Positions 23,696 to 37,005 of a stretch of 64,000 nucleotides of DNA are shown here, in pieces; position 1 is the first letter of the stretch, and every line of letters begins with the position of its first letter. Below the pieces are notes generated by a model. It did not search any database. It had not been told where the DNA came from and was given only the letters and a program-made list of their open reading frames with translations. Location of the stretch: NCBI RefSeq assembly GCF_963921235.1, contig NC_086097.1, positions 90,584,001-90,648,000 of the forward strand, given 5' to 3'. Both the position numbers and the translations under genes were made by a program. This stretch comes from Mobula hypostoma (Eukaryota).

Positions 23696-26600
23696 ATCTC
23701 ATATCAACAAATCTCAGAGAATAAGAAAAGTTAAGAAAGACAACAGAATTAAAGGGGCAGAAAGATCAGGAAGGGATCAGAGAGTATAGGCAAGTGCAAT
23801 AGGAATCAATGTGAAAGGTGAGGGGAGTAATGGATTAAAAGTATTATATATGAATGCACGGAGTATAAGAAATAAAGTGGATGAGCCTGAGGCTCAGTTG
23901 GAAATTGGCAAGTATGATGTTGTAGGAATAACGGAGACATGGCTGCAAGAGGACCAGGGCTGGGAAATGAATATTCAGGGTTATACATCCTATCGAAAGG
24001 ACAGACAGGTTGGCAGAGGGGTGGGGTGGCTCTGTTGGTGAGGAATGAAACTCAGTCACTTGCGAGGGAGGACATAGAATCGGGAGATGTAGAGTCAGTA
24101 TGGATAGAACTGAGAAACTGTAAGGACAAAAAGACCCTGATGGGAGTTATCTACAGGCCCCCAAACAGTAGCCTGGATATAGGGTGCAAGTTAAATCAAG
24201 AATTAAAATTGGCGTATCGCAAAGGTAATTCTGTGGTTGTTATGGGGGATTTTAACATGCAGGTAGACTGGGAAAATCAGGTTGGTACTGGACCCCAAGA
24301 AAGGGAGTTTGTGGAGAGCCTCAGAGATGGATTCTTAGAGCAGCTTGTATTAGACCCTACCAGGGAGAAGGCAATTCTGGATTTAGTGTTGTGTAATGAG
24401 CCAGATTTGATAAGGGAACTCGAGGTAAAGGAGCCATTAGGAGGCAGTGACCATAATATGATAAGTTTTAATCTACAATTGAGAAGGAGAAGGGAAGATG
24501 GGAAGTGTCAGTATTACAGTTGAACAAAGGGGACTATGGCACATAAGGGAGGAGCTGGCCAAATTTGACTGGAAAGATACCCTAGCAGGGATGACAGTGG
24601 AACAACAATGGCAGGTATTTCTGGGAATAATACAGAAGATGCAGGATCAGTTCATTCTAAGAGGAAGAAAGGTTCTAAGGGGAGTAAGGGGCGACCGTAG
24701 ATGACAAGGGAAGTCAAGGACAGTATAAAAATAAAAGAGAGGAAGTATAACATAGCAAAGATGAGTGGGAAGCCAGAGGATTGGGAGACTTTTAAGGAGC
24801 AACAGAAGATAACTAAAAAGGCAATATGGGGGGAAAAGATGAGGTACGAAGGTAAGCTAGCTAAAAATATAAAGGAGGATAATAAAAGCTTCTTTAGGTA
24901 TGTGAAGAGGAAAAAATTAGTTAAGACCAAAGTTGGGCCCTTAAAGACAGAAATGGGTGAATTTATTATGGGGAACAAGGAAATGGCAGACAAGCTGAAC
25001 AGGTACTTTGAATCTGTCTTCACTAGGGAAGACACAAACAATCTCCCAGATGTAATAGTGGCCAGAGGACCTAGGGTAACAGATGAACTGAAGGAAATTC
25101 GCATCAGGCACAAAATGGTGTTGGGTAAAATAATGGGACTGAAGGTTGATAAATCCCAGGGCCTGATGATCTGCACCCCAGGGTACTTAAGGAGGTGGCT
25201 CTAGAAATCGTGGACATGTTGGTAATCATTTTCCAATGTTCTATAGATTCAGGATCAGTTCCTGCGGATTGGAGGGTAGCTAATGTTATCCCACTTTTTA
25301 AGAAAGGAGGGAGAGAGAAAACAGGCAATTATAGACCAGTTAGTCTGACATCAGTGGTGGGGAAGATGCTGGAATCAATTATAAAAGATGTAATAACGGC
25401 ATATTTGGATAGCAGTGGCAGGATAGGTCCGAGTCAGCATGGATTTACGAAGGGGAAATCATGCTTGACTAATCTTCTGGAATTTTTTGAGAATGTAACT
25501 ATGAAAATGTACTTGGAAAAGCCAGTGGATGTAGTGTACCTGGACTTTCAGAAAGCCTTTGATAAGGTCCCACATAGGAGGTTAGTGTGCAAAATTAGAG
25601 CAAATGGTATTGGGGGTAGTGTACTGACATGGATAGAAAATTGGTTGGAAGACAGGAAACAAAGAGTAGGGATTAATGGGTCCTTTTCAGAATGGCAGGC
25701 AGTGACTAGTGGGGTACTGCAAGGCTCGGTGCTGGGACCGCAGCTATTTACAATATATATTAACGATTTAGATGAGGGGATTAAAAGTAACACTAGCAAA
25801 TTTGCAGATGACGCAAAGCTGGGTAGTAGTGTGAAATGTGAGGAGGATGTTATGAGAATGCAGGGTGACTTGGACAGGTTGGGTGAGTGGGCAGATGCAT
25901 GGCAATGTGGATAAATGTGAGGTTATCCACTTTGGCAGCAAGAGCAGGAAGGCAGATTATTATCTGAATGGCGTCAAGTTAGGAAAAGGGGAAGTGCAAC
26001 GAGATCTAGGTGTCCTTGCTCATCAGTCACTGAAAGCAAGCATGCAAGTACAGCAGGCAGTGAAGAAAGCTAATGGCATGCTGGCCTTCATAACAAGGGG
26101 AATTGAGTATAGGAGCAAAGAGGTCCTTCTGCAGCTGTACAGGGCCCTGGTGAGACCACACCTGGAATATTGTGTACAGTTTTGGTCTCCAAATTTGAGG
26201 AAGGACATTCTAGCTACTGAGGGAGTGCAGCGTAGGTTCACGAGGTTAATTCCCAGGATGGCGGGACTGTCATATGTTGAAAGATTGGAGCGACTGGGGT
26301 TGTATACACCGGAATTTAGAAGGATGAGAGGGGATCTGATTGAAACCTATAAGATTACTAAGGGATTGGACACGTTAGAGGCAGAAAACTTGTTCCCAAT
26401 GTTGGGGGAGTCCAGAACCACAGGCCACAGTTTTAGAATAAGGGGTAGGCCATTTAGAACGGAGTTGAGGAAAAACTTTTTCACACAGAGGGTTGTGGTT
26501 CTGTGGAATGCTCTGCCTCAGAAGTCAGTGGAGGCCAATTCTCTGGATTCTTTCAAAAAAGAGTTAGATAGAGCTCTTAAAGATAGTGGAGTGAAGGGAT

Positions 26601-26717
26601 ATGGGGAGAAAGCAGGAAAAGGGTACTGATTGTGAATGATCAGCCATGTTGACAGAGAATGGTGGTGCTGGCTCGAAGGGCTGAATGGCCTACTCCTGCA
26701 CTTATTGTCTATTGTCT
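23696..26717 (+). mobile_element. CR1 LINE, ORF2 (APE + RT) frameshifted, 5' truncated
   Basis: APE motifs LYMNARSIRNK…GITETWL, MGDFN, GSDH. RT motifs NYRPVSLTS, YLDFQKAFDKV, QGSVLGP, KFADD. Split over several ORFs; ATTGTCT repeat tail. Confidence 0.96.
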
Positions 26718-27848
26718 AAGAAGAAGTGACGCAGTTAGTTTTCCCAGTTGAGTTTTAAGTTCAGTTCGTCATTTAATTCGTCAGATACTCCGTTATGCTG
26801 CATATTCATCTTATGACGCAGTTTTGTTTTAAAGTGGAGTTCTACTTTCTATTGTAAGTAGTATTGGAGAGTGAAGACCTTACCAAAGTACAGGAATTCG
26901 CTGAGTCAAGTAAAGCTGATATTGTTTGGCGGTTTTGGAGAGGATCGACCTTTATTGAATCTTCGTTCAACAAATAGTGACCTGCATTTTGAGATATCCC
27001 CTGCTAAAACAGGAAGGATTGCGCAGTGTCTATTCTCCAGAGGAAAAGGTCAGTTCCTTTAAACCATTTTATTTCCGTTGTTATGAATCCTGTGGACAAG
27101 GCAGGTTCTGGCTGGGATCACCAGTAATGTCATGTCTTCAAGGAATTCTTTACTTTAGGAAAGTCTTTCCTAATTGACTGTATAAATCTCTTGGACTTTC
27201 AAATTCACCATTCTAAGAACTGTTTTCGCATTTGCCCTTTTAAGAACTGTTCCAGAGTTGCCGTATAGCAGTTAACTTCTGCTTAAGTTAGTCGTTTAAA
27301 TACATTTCGCTATCTTTGAGCAGAGTTTAATAAATGTTTGTTTTAGTAAAACCTGACTCAATTCTATATTCATCGTTGCTGGCCACGTGACAAGACTAAT
27401 AACATCACATGAACTGCTCACCCATTATGATCCATCTCTGCTCATCAGACTGGCACGTGATGCATACCCTTATAGCACTGGAGCCATTCTGTCACATACT
27501 GTGTTATGAAAAATGGAACTGAACGTCCGATTGCATTTCCTTCAAGATCACTGACGAATGCAGAATACAACTATGCACAGATCAACTGAGGCTCTTAGTC
27601 TAGTATGGGGAATGAAGAAGTTCCACCACTACCTCTACAGACAAAAATTTATGCTAGTGACAGATCACTAGCCACTTGTTTCCATTTTCAATCCCAGGAA
27701 GGGAATTCCAGTGATGACTGCTACCTGGTTATAATGTTGGCCACTATTTCTAGGACAGCACTCTTATGACATAGAGTTCAAACAACAGAGCAATGCTGAT
27801 GGCTTGTCACATCTTCCACTGTTGGCAACTGAAGAAGAGAAGTCTTCA

Positions 27849-29185
27849 AGATTCAAGATTCAAAAAACTTCATTGTCATTCTAACCATACATCAGCTCTG
27901 CAGGGCAGAATGAGACAGCGTTTCTCAGGGGCAGTGTAATCATAACATAACAAACGCAACACTAAATAATAAACATAACAATAAATAGTATAACACAATA
28001 GCCACATGTCAGTTAAAATCAGTTATAAGTGTCTAGCGCAAGTTAAAAGTGTCCAAAACAGAGTCAGGTGGAGCAGCTATTTAGCAGTCTGACTTGCCTG
28101 TGGGAGGAAGCTGTTTAGTAGCCTTGTGGTTTTAGTTTTGATGCTCCTGTAACGTTTGCCTGATGGCGGAAGAACAAACAGTTCATGGAGAGGGTGTGAG
28201 GGGTCTTTAATGAAGTACCGTGTCTTCTGGAGGCATTGACTCTGAAAGAGGTCTTGGACAGAAGGTAGGGAGACCCCAATAATCTTCTCAGTTCCCCTAA
28301 CCACCCTCTGCAAGGCTTTTTTGTCGACAGCACTGCAGTTGGAGTACCAGGTTGTGATGCAAAAGATCAGCACACTCTCAACCCACGCCTCCGTAGAATG
28401 TAGTTAAGATGTTAGTGGGGAGTGATGCTTGTTTAAGTTTCCTCAGAAAGTGCAATTTCTGCTGGCCCCGTTTCACAATCCCAGTGGTGTTCCTGGACCA
28501 GGTGAGATTGTCCGAGATCTGTACCCCAAGGAACTTGATGTTTTCCACTCTCTCCACTGTGGAGCCGCTGATGCTGAGGGATGTGTGCTCAGGCTGAGAC
28601 CGTCTGAAATCGACGATCATCTCCTTGGTTTTGGTGACATTAAGCATCAAGTTGTTATCCCTGCACCAGCTCTCTAGGTGTTTGACCTCCTCCCAGTACA
28701 TAGTTTCATCATCTTTGCTGATGAGCCCCACCACTGTATCATCTGCAAATTTAATCATCAGGTTCTCCCTGAATCTGGCTGCACAGTCATGTGTTAGCAG
28801 TGTACACAGCAATGCGCTAAGCACACAGCCTTGTGGGGATCCAGTGCTCAGTGTGATGGAGTCAGAGATGTTCCTGCCAACACGGACTGACTGTGGTCTC
28901 TCTGTCAAGAAATCCAGAATCCAGCGACACATGGCAGTGCTAAGGCCAAGCACCGACAGTTTCTCCACTAGTCTCCGCAGGATGATGGTATTGAATGCTG
29001 AACTGAAATCAATGTACAGGATTCTGGCATAAGTTGTCTTTGTTGTCCAAGTAAGAGAGAACTGTGTGCAGTGTGGTGGATATTGCATCCTCCGTAGAGC
29101 GATTTGGACGATAAGCAAACTGTTGAGGATCCAGCGATGAGGGGAGGCTGGCTGTGATATGAGGCTTGACAAGCCGTTCGAAACA
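27849..29185 (-). mobile_element. Rex1/Babar-type LINE, 5' truncated, inserted in the Gypsy pol
   Basis: CFERLV…[18 protein letters not shown]…[10 protein letters not shown]…PQGCVLS…KFADDT. (TTGAATC)n tail. TTCA at both junctions; removal restores [12 protein letters not shown]. Confidence 0.92.
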
Positions 29186-30792
29186 TTCATACTGTGACCC
29201 AGCAGAGGTGTTCCACACTGCATTGGTGGACCAGTTGCCAGTAACAAATTCGGAAATACAAAGAGAAACAAGGAATGTCCTGACATTGTCAAAAGTCTAT
29301 GACATCACCATGCAAGAATGGCCAGCTCATGGTAACCCTATGTTTCCAGAGTTCTCAGTGAGACAAGACCAACTGTCAGATTGTCAAAGAACGCTGATGT
29401 GTGGATCTCCTGTTGTGTTTCCCTCTAAACTGTGCACCAGAGTGTTAGAGAATCTGTATGAAGGACACCTGGGTACAGTCAAGGTGAAAAGTCTTGCCTG
29501 GAGCTACGTGTGGTGGCCAGGAACAGATAAACAGATTGAAGACTTGGCCAAAGGTTGTTTGGGATGCTAAAAAGTTCAAAATGCATCCCCGCAGGCACCA
29601 TTACACCCATGGGAGTGGTCATCACCACCATGGCAAAGAGTACATATTGACTTTGCTGGGCCATTCATGGATTCCATGTTTCTGGCTGCTGTGGATGCTC
29701 ATCTGAAGTGGCCAGAGGTTATACCAATGAAGTCAACCATTGACGAGACAACTGCCAAACCTGATGCCACTCCACAGCTCCAGAGGTGCTATCCTGAAAA
29801 AAACAGAGTGCCACCCAAAAGACTGAACCTTTAGAACTGTAAAGTTAGTTATGAACTGTCATTGTGAAAGCATGTTTATTTGGGTATGGGTTTATGAAAG
29901 GGAAATTGAATGTTCTGTACATATACAGTTTTATGTTACTCTAATCCAAAGGGGGAGGAACTGTAATGTATGGATTTATTTCTTTTAGAGCAGTGACCAT
30001 CCACCCCCTTAGAACTATGGATTGAACTGCTGTCCGTGCATGCACATTGTTTTCTCTCTCTCTCTCTCTTTCTCTCTCGCGTTGCAATGTGAATAATGGT
30101 GGTTGCAATAACTGATCTGTAGTTGTGCACAGACACAACAGTTAGAACGTTGCACCTTAGTGTGTACTTGCATTACACTTTCTCTGTAATCATACAATTT
30201 TATCCCACATTTTGTTGTTGCTTTTCCCTTTAACTACCTCAACGATTTGTTGTGAGGAATTGATCTGCACGGGTTGTAAGTTTCTCACTGTACCTCTGTA
30301 CATTTGACAATAATAAACCAATTTACCAATTTACAACTTGTTTCAAACTTTTTATAACACTTCAGCATGCCAAGTGCCTTTACAACTTTCTTTATTTTAC
30401 TTTTACGTTAAGTCAGATATTTGGCAATGTATGTTCAATGTTTTTGGATTCCAGCTATGTTTAAGGGAGATGAATGTCGAGAAAAAGATTAATTGATAGA
30501 TACATTCTATTGATAGGTATTCCATACTCTCCATTGATTAATTGCTTCTAGCAAAATGCACACTATTGATGTTCTTTATTGATTAATATTCTCTATTTAT
30601 AGATAAATATGTTTTATTGATTGATAGTCTACCAATTGAATCTCAGCCAACAGAGTTTACATTACTTCACTCTGTACCAATAGATAATTTGATGATGGAA
30701 AGCTTATACTGAAACACAATTTTTTGATGGCTTCAATCATTGCGAGCAGACATTGGTTGGTGAGGCAGTACGAGATTTAAAAACAGTTATAA

Positions 30793-32130
30793 AGAATCAG
30801 AATCAGGTTTATCGTGAAATTTGTTAGCTTAGCAGCAGCAGTTCAATGCAATACATAATATAGAAGTAAAAATATTAAATAATAAATAAACAAATCAATT
30901 ACAGTATATGTATATTGAATAGATTAAAAACCATGCAAAAAACAGAAATAATATATATTAAAGAAGTGAGGTAGTGTTCATGGATTCAATGTCCGTTTAG
31001 GAATCGGATGGCAGAGGGGAAGAAGCTGTTCCTGAATTGCTGAGTGTGTGCCTTCAGGCTTCCGTACCTCCTCCCTGATGGTAACAGTGAGAAAAGGGCA
31101 TGCTCTGGGTGCTGGGGGTCCTTAATAATGGACACTGCCTTTCTGAGACACCCCCCCCCCGCCCCCGCCAAAGATGTCCTGAGTACTTTGTAGGCTAGTG
31201 CCCAAGATGGAGCTGACTAGACTTACAACCTTCTGCAGCTTCTTTCGGTCCTTTGCAGTAGCCCCTCCATACCAGACAGTGATGCAGCCTGTCAGAATGC
31301 TCTCCATGGTACAACTATAGAAGTTTTTGAGTGTATTTGTTGACATGCCAAATCTCTTCAAATTCCTAATGAAGTATAGTCACTGTCTTGCCTTCTTTAT
31401 AACTACATCGATATGTTGGGACCAAGTTAGATCCTCAGAGATCTTGACACCCAGGAACTTGAATCTGCTCACTCTCCCCACTTCTGATACCTCTATGAGG
31501 ATTGGTATATGTTTCTTTGTCTTGCCCCTCCTGAAGTCCACAATCAGCTCTTTCATCTTACTGACATTGAGTGGCAGGTTGTTGCTGCGACACCACTCCA
31601 CTAGTTGGCATATCTCACTCCTGTACGCCCTCTTGTCACCGCCTGAGATTCTACCAACAATGGTTGTATCGTCAGCAAATTTATAGATAGTGTTTGGGCT
31701 ATACCTAGCCACACAGTCATGGGAATATAGAGAGTAGAGCAGTGGACTAAGCCCCTGAGGTGCACCAGTGTTGATTGTCAGTGAGGAGGAGATGTTATCA
31801 CTAATCCGCACAGTTTTTGGTTTTTCGGTTAGGAAGTCGAGGATCCAATTGCAGAGGAAGGTTCTGTAACTTCTCAATCAGGATTGTGGGAACAATGGTA
31901 TTAAATGCTGAGCTATAGTCAATGAACAGCATCCTGACATAGGTGTTTGTGTTATCCAGGTGGTCTAAAGCCGTGTGAAGAGCCATTGAGATTGCATCTG
32001 CCATTGACCTATTGTCTCGCTAGGCACATTGCAATGGGTCCAGGTCCTTGCTGAGGCAGGAGTTTGGTCTAGACAAAACCAAGCTTTCAAAGCATTTCAT
32101 CACTGTAGGTGTAAATGCTATTGGGCGATA
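30793..32130 (-). mobile_element. Rex1/Babar-type LINE, 5' truncated, degenerate
   Basis: [58 protein letters not shown]; (GATTCT)n tail on the minus strand. Confidence 0.92.
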
Positions 32131-32199
32131 TATTTGTGCACCAAGAAGAGTTGATCATGCGACAAAATTAAACGTCCAGTAACATGGTGGCAATGACAT

Positions 32200-32330
32200 A
32201 GTTTGGAAAAGGGATGTGGTCAACATAGTTTTCTTAAAGGAAAACCTTGCTGGACAAATCTGTCGGAATTCCTTGAGGAAATAACAGGCAGGGTAGACAA
32301 GGAATCAGTGGACGTTGTTTGCTTGGATTC
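32200..32330 (+). mobile_element. Short CR1 RT fragment
   Basis: QHSFLKGKPCWTNLSEFLEEITGRVDKESVDVVCLD matches the CR1 RT segment of the other copies. Confidence 0.8.
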
Positions 32331-32924
32331 AGACTCACCGTGCTCTAGACTTCAGCCTTCGACTTTGCCCTCTGGACTTTGCTGACATCTAGACTTGCCG
32401 ATGACAGGTTGGACCTTCAGGCCTTGACTTCCGCACCCGCATAGACCTCAAGTGCCAGTTACTTGGGGGATCACCAGCCCTCATGACTCCAGCCCATAGC
32501 TGGGACACACTGCCCACATGGACCTCCAACTTGGGACTGGGACTTGCCAGATGTTTGCTCATCTCCTCAGCACCAACAACTTGACCTTCAGGCTCACTGA
32601 TGTTTGACCACAGAGTGCACCAAACTGGATTCAAATTCTTGCTCTGAATCTTCACTTACTACTCCTGACCTCAAACTCCCCTTCATCCCTGTCCCGAAAC
32701 CCTAACCTGACCCCTAACTCCCGTGCTCACCCAAGACTGTTCCTTCCCACATAAAAGAAACAACTATGTAAGTCTGAGCCACAACACTGACAGACCAAGA
32801 TTTGCGAAATATAGTTGTGTGATAATTTCTTCTTCTTCTCAGTATCAACATAGTGGGCTGAATAGCCTCCTATTGTAATATTCAATAGACATGTGAGATA
32901 TGGAAGATGAATATACCAGATAGA

Positions 32925-33260
32925 TGAGTGACAGAGCAGCTCAGTGGGTATTGTTGCTGTCTCACGCCTGCTGTGATCCTGATCTCCAGAGCTGCCTGTG
33001 TGGAGTTTGCATGTTCTCCCTATAACTGTGTGGATTTCCTCCAGGTGCTCCAGTTTCCTCCCAGATCCCAAAGGTGTATAGGTTGGTGGATTGATTGGCT
33101 ACTTTACATTACTGCTTCTGTAGATAGATGTTAAGAGAATTAGAGGGTTAATGGTCGTTTGAGAGAGAATAGATACCCGAGAAATAACTGGGGAAATAGC
33201 ACTGTTGAGAATGCTCTGTGCACTAGCTTAAACTCTGTGGGCTGAATGTCTACCTCTATA
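32925..33260 (+). mobile_element. V-SINE (HE1-like) SINE
   Basis: V-domain-like core CTGTGTGGAGTTTGCATGTTCTCCC…TTTCCTCCAGGTGCTCCAGTTTCCTCCC. Confidence 0.8.
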
Positions 33261-33853
33261 TCATTAAGCAATATGAGAATTATGAAATGAATATTATCAA
33301 TTCATTTCAATATCAAAGTGTACATGTACACTTCACTATTCAAAGGAATTTTGGATTTTACCAACCTGATGGAAAGGGCTGTCATTTGGGAGGTGGTTTT
33401 GTTATGGTCCCTGTATAATGAGACAGAGCTGAATTCTCCATTCAGGCAGCATTGATTTTAAGTGGGGTGGCTGCTGGCCTTTAAGTTATGACAGATCTTA
33501 TTGGGTGACCATGTTGAAGAGGGCATGGATGCCTCCAGCAATACTCGCCTGAACACACTGGGAACATTTTCCATGGTATAGCTTTTCCATGGTATTCCTT
33601 TCATCTTGTCTCTCCCAACAGGCAAGAAGAAGGATTAGATATGGTGGCCAAAACTAGCCCCTTCCATAGCCAGAATAGCTGCTTCCTCAATGTGCTTCCT
33701 TCCATCAATGGGTCAGAATTGAGGATATTTGTTGCTGAATAGGTAACAGTCAGTTCATTCACATTTCACAAAAATGACAGAGCCCATAGCTGCATACAGT
33801 AAGACTCAGACAATGTTCAGCAGGTTCTGCTAAGTGGCAAATAACTTTCATGC

Positions 33854-34339
33854 TGTTAGGGCGTATTTTGGAGTTATGCTATATAGAAAATATTAATTTC
33901 AACAGCAACCAATCTTCAGATCTGAATGTGGATTGTAGATTGAGTTTAAAATGCAGCTCAGAATAGTGGTCTTCCTGGAGCTGCAGAATAAGTGTTGATT
34001 GCAAATCAAGAAACACCCATTCACCTGAGATGTCTGCATATGCATGAATGCAGTTCAGAGACAGTGGCGATTAACACTTATTTTGGGTGTGTTGGTATAA
34101 AGACCTAGGTGTCTGAAATTATGTGCAACGCAAAGGAAGCATTATGAATGCATTGTAACTATAGAAATTGTCCTGTTGTTACCTTTGTTCTGTAACATAT
34201 AAAATGTGATGTAATATTGGATCAGGAAACCTCTTCTTCCAGGAGTGTCTCCTGTATGATGCTTGTTTGTTGTGTGAAATAAAGACTTACCTATCACCAG
34301 CTTCAGTGTCTCTTGGTGACATCAGTTATAGTCACAACA
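33854..34339 (+). mobile_element. Solo LTR inserted in an old CR1/L2-like LINE remnant
   Basis: TGTTAG…ACAACA termini, TATAAAA and AATAAA inside. Flanks CATGC/CATAC (5-bp TSD, one mismatch). The host reads KWQITF.PQKC across the junction. Confidence 0.7.
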
Positions 34340-36004
34340 CATACCACAAAAGTGTTGGGCAATGATCATCTACAGGAGTGAATCTAACCACATCCACTTT
34401 AATATTCAATGTTATAGCTATTCCCCATTACTCACCATCAATATCCTAGTGTTGGTTCAATCATTTAAAGGTTCCATTAATATCAGAGAATGTAAACAGG
34501 ATAGAACCTGAAATTCTTACTCTTCACAGACATCCACAAAACAGAAGAAAACGCTAAAGAATGAATGACAGAAAAACGTTAGAACCACAAACCACCCTCC
34601 CCACATCCCTCCCATGCACAGAGCAGCAACAAACCATGAACCCTCCCCCCTCCTACTCTCCCCACTTCTTCCAGTGGGAAGCATCAGCATCTACCAACCA
34701 CTGAGGTTGCAAGGCCCCCAAGAAAGACTTAAAGACTTAAAATCTGGAAAACAGGGAACTGGAATGAGTCAAGGACAGTAGAAGCAGACTAACCAAACGT
34801 CTTTGTTCTTGTCTTGTGGTTGAAGGAATGGAGGCTGCCATTTTGTAAGTGGTGATTTTTGTGTCCACCATTTTGTGAGGTGCTTTGTAAACTGGTTCCT
34901 CCTCAGGGATGGCTTGACCAGAGCAATTCAAAGTGGATGTAATGAGGTCCCTGCAATTGATCTGCTAAACTTGATATCATTTCCAAATAAGAAGCTGTTT
35001 ATTTGGCCATTTAGAAGTAGTAGGCTTGTGGAAAGCACAGCCTGTGACCTGAAGTCACCTGAGCCCAGTGTCTGGCTGACTAGGCTAAACTGCTTTGAAC
35101 TGGCCCGATTCACAGAGAGCAAAGTGACATGAGGCACAAGTCTGGTGGAAGAGCAAGAAATTAATACAGTTTGTGGCTTTTAGCCAGATCTAAAGCTGAC
35201 ACAGATAAGCCTGAGCCAACAAAATCGAAAACAACAATTAGGTCTGATAAGAAAGAGGTTTAGAATAGAGGGTTTCCAGAGTAGAAACAGCAAAAGCTCT
35301 GGAGATTACGGAAATGGATGACCCCATTTTGGAGATGTGGTGATTACGTCAGGAGAAATGCTGAGCCAGGCATCTCCTTTTCTATTCTTTGACTGTTCAG
35401 GAAGGCTCAGTGAAACCCAGTGGATGTGTGTAATAATAATGAATAGTTATTTAAATTTATATGACTCGCATGCTTGTTGTTAGCTGAACCTATAAAGGTG
35501 TTTGTCAGTTACTACAGATTCCCTCAGTCCCTAACTTATCATTATTGTTAAGTTCAGTTACAAGCAACAGTAGGGGCAGTCACTGACTGGAGATTTAATG
35601 GATCCAGCTACCCAATTACCGTGACTGTGAGAACAGGTCAAAGATAGGATACTCAGTGATGAGTGACTCATGTCCTGTCAACACAAAGCCTTTCCGCCAT
35701 GCTCAAGACACAAGAGAGGACCGTGATGGAATACCGTGCACCTGCTTGGGTGAGTTCAGCTCCAGAACCTGTCAGGAAGCTCAATGCCATAAAGTGGCCC
35801 GCTGAACATATATCCACCAGCCTGAGCATTTAACCCTTCCACAACTGGCTCACACTGGCTGCAGACTGCCCCATCTACACAATATGCTGCAGTTACTAGC
35901 CAGCTTACTTCAACAATGTGATAAAAAACTTGATAAAATGATCAGAGGCACGGAGAATCAGATTTCCTTTTTTCTCCAGGGTGGAAATGTCAAATACTGG
36001 AGAA

Positions 36005-36542
36005 ACACACATCAAAGTTGCTGGTGAACGCAACAGGCCAGGCAGCACCTTTAGGAAGAGGTACAGCTGACGTTTTGGGCCTAGACCCTTTGTCAGGACT
36101 AACTGAAGGAAGAGCTAGTAAGAGATTCAACACACATCAAAGTTGCTGGTGAACGCAGCAGGCCAGGCAGCATCTATAGGAAGAGGTACAGTCGACATTT
36201 CAGGCTGAGACCCTTTGTCAGGACTAACTGAAGGAAGAGCTAGTAAGAGATTTGAAAGTCCCATGATCCTCTCATATCCCTTTTGCCAATCAACTGTCCA
36301 GCTCTTGGCTCCATCCCTCCCCCTCCTGTCTTCTCTTATCATTTTGGATCTCCCTCTCCCCCTCCCACTTTCAGATCTCTTACTAGCTCTTCCTTCAGTT
36401 AGTCCTGACGAAGCGTCTCGGCCCGAAACGTCGACTGTACCTCTTCCTAGAGATGTTACCTGGCCTGCTGTGTTCACCAGCAACTTTGATGTGTGTTGCT
36501 TGAATTTCCAGCATCTGCAGAATTCCTCGTGTTTGCGTTTTT
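36005..36542. mobile_element. Penelope-like element remnant: two tandem inverted pLTR pieces plus one forward pLTR
   Basis: 36005-36125 and ~36128-36260 are reverse complements of ~36367-36498. Perfect 13-bp TSD AAATACTGGAGAA at 35992-36004 and 36543-36555. Lies within a CR1 3' remnant. Confidence 0.88.
36401..36436 (+). ncRNA. Minimal type I hammerhead ribozyme motif in a Penelope pLTR
   Basis: AGTC-CTGACGA-A-GCGTCTCGGCCC-GAAAC-GTC-GACT: intact CUGANGA and GAAA core, stem I AGTC/GACT, palindromic ACGT stem III, one mismatch in stem II. Confidence 0.72.
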
Positions 36543-37005
36543 AAATACTGGAGAATATGTATTAAGCTAAGAGGGAGGAAGTTTAAAGGAGATGAGTGTG
36601 GCAGGATTTATTTATATTCAGAGAGTGGTGGATGTGGGAATAGGCTGCCAGGAGTGATGAAGACAATGGATACAAGAGAGGTATTTAGGAGGTTGTTAGA
36701 TAGACAGGTGGATGTCTATGCAAAGAATAGAGGGATATGGACCATATGCAGGCCGAAGAGATTTGGTGTAATTCAGCATTGTGCTCGGCACACACAACAT
36801 AGGCTGAAGGGAGTGTTCCTGTGTTGTACTGTTCTTGGTTCTTACATCTCCCAATATGGTTACCTCTACTGCCTAGAAGGACAAGGGCAGCAGGTGGTGT
36901 GTTTTTCAGCGGAGAGATTTAGTACATGAAAGGTGCTTGCAGTAGCATCACAGGCACAGAGCATCATGTAAGCAGCATTCACAAAGAAAACATAAATTAT
37001 ACACG

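Larger units (their letters stand above)
23180..27392 (+). mobile_element. Solo LTR inserted in the Gypsy pol, itself interrupted from 23359 to 26725
   Basis: TGTTAC…GTGACA termini, TATATAAA at ~23328, AATAAA at ~27329. 4-bp TSD AGAC at 23176-23179 and 27393-27396. Removing it restores ETKRLITSHELLTHYD. Confidence 0.85.
22610..30359 (+). mobile_element. Decayed Mag/SURL-like Ty3/Gypsy pol (RT, RNase H, integrase) plus 3' LTR, split by nested insertions
   Basis: RT LTINTHKGLFQYN…QCYLDDIIVTG (~22680-22830). RNase H THYDPSL…ERPIAF.SRSL…VTDH (27397-27848). Integrase HLGTVKVK…VWWPG…CLGC and RVHIDFAGP (29190-29740). PPT AAAGGGGGAGGAAC then TG at 29962. Many stops and frameshifts; LTR end (~30359) uncertain. 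Confidence 0.9.

Noticed and set aside
34737..35137. Coding exon in a unique-looking segment
   Set aside because: Short ORFs with no recognisable domain and no convincing splice-site pair; at most a non-coding element.
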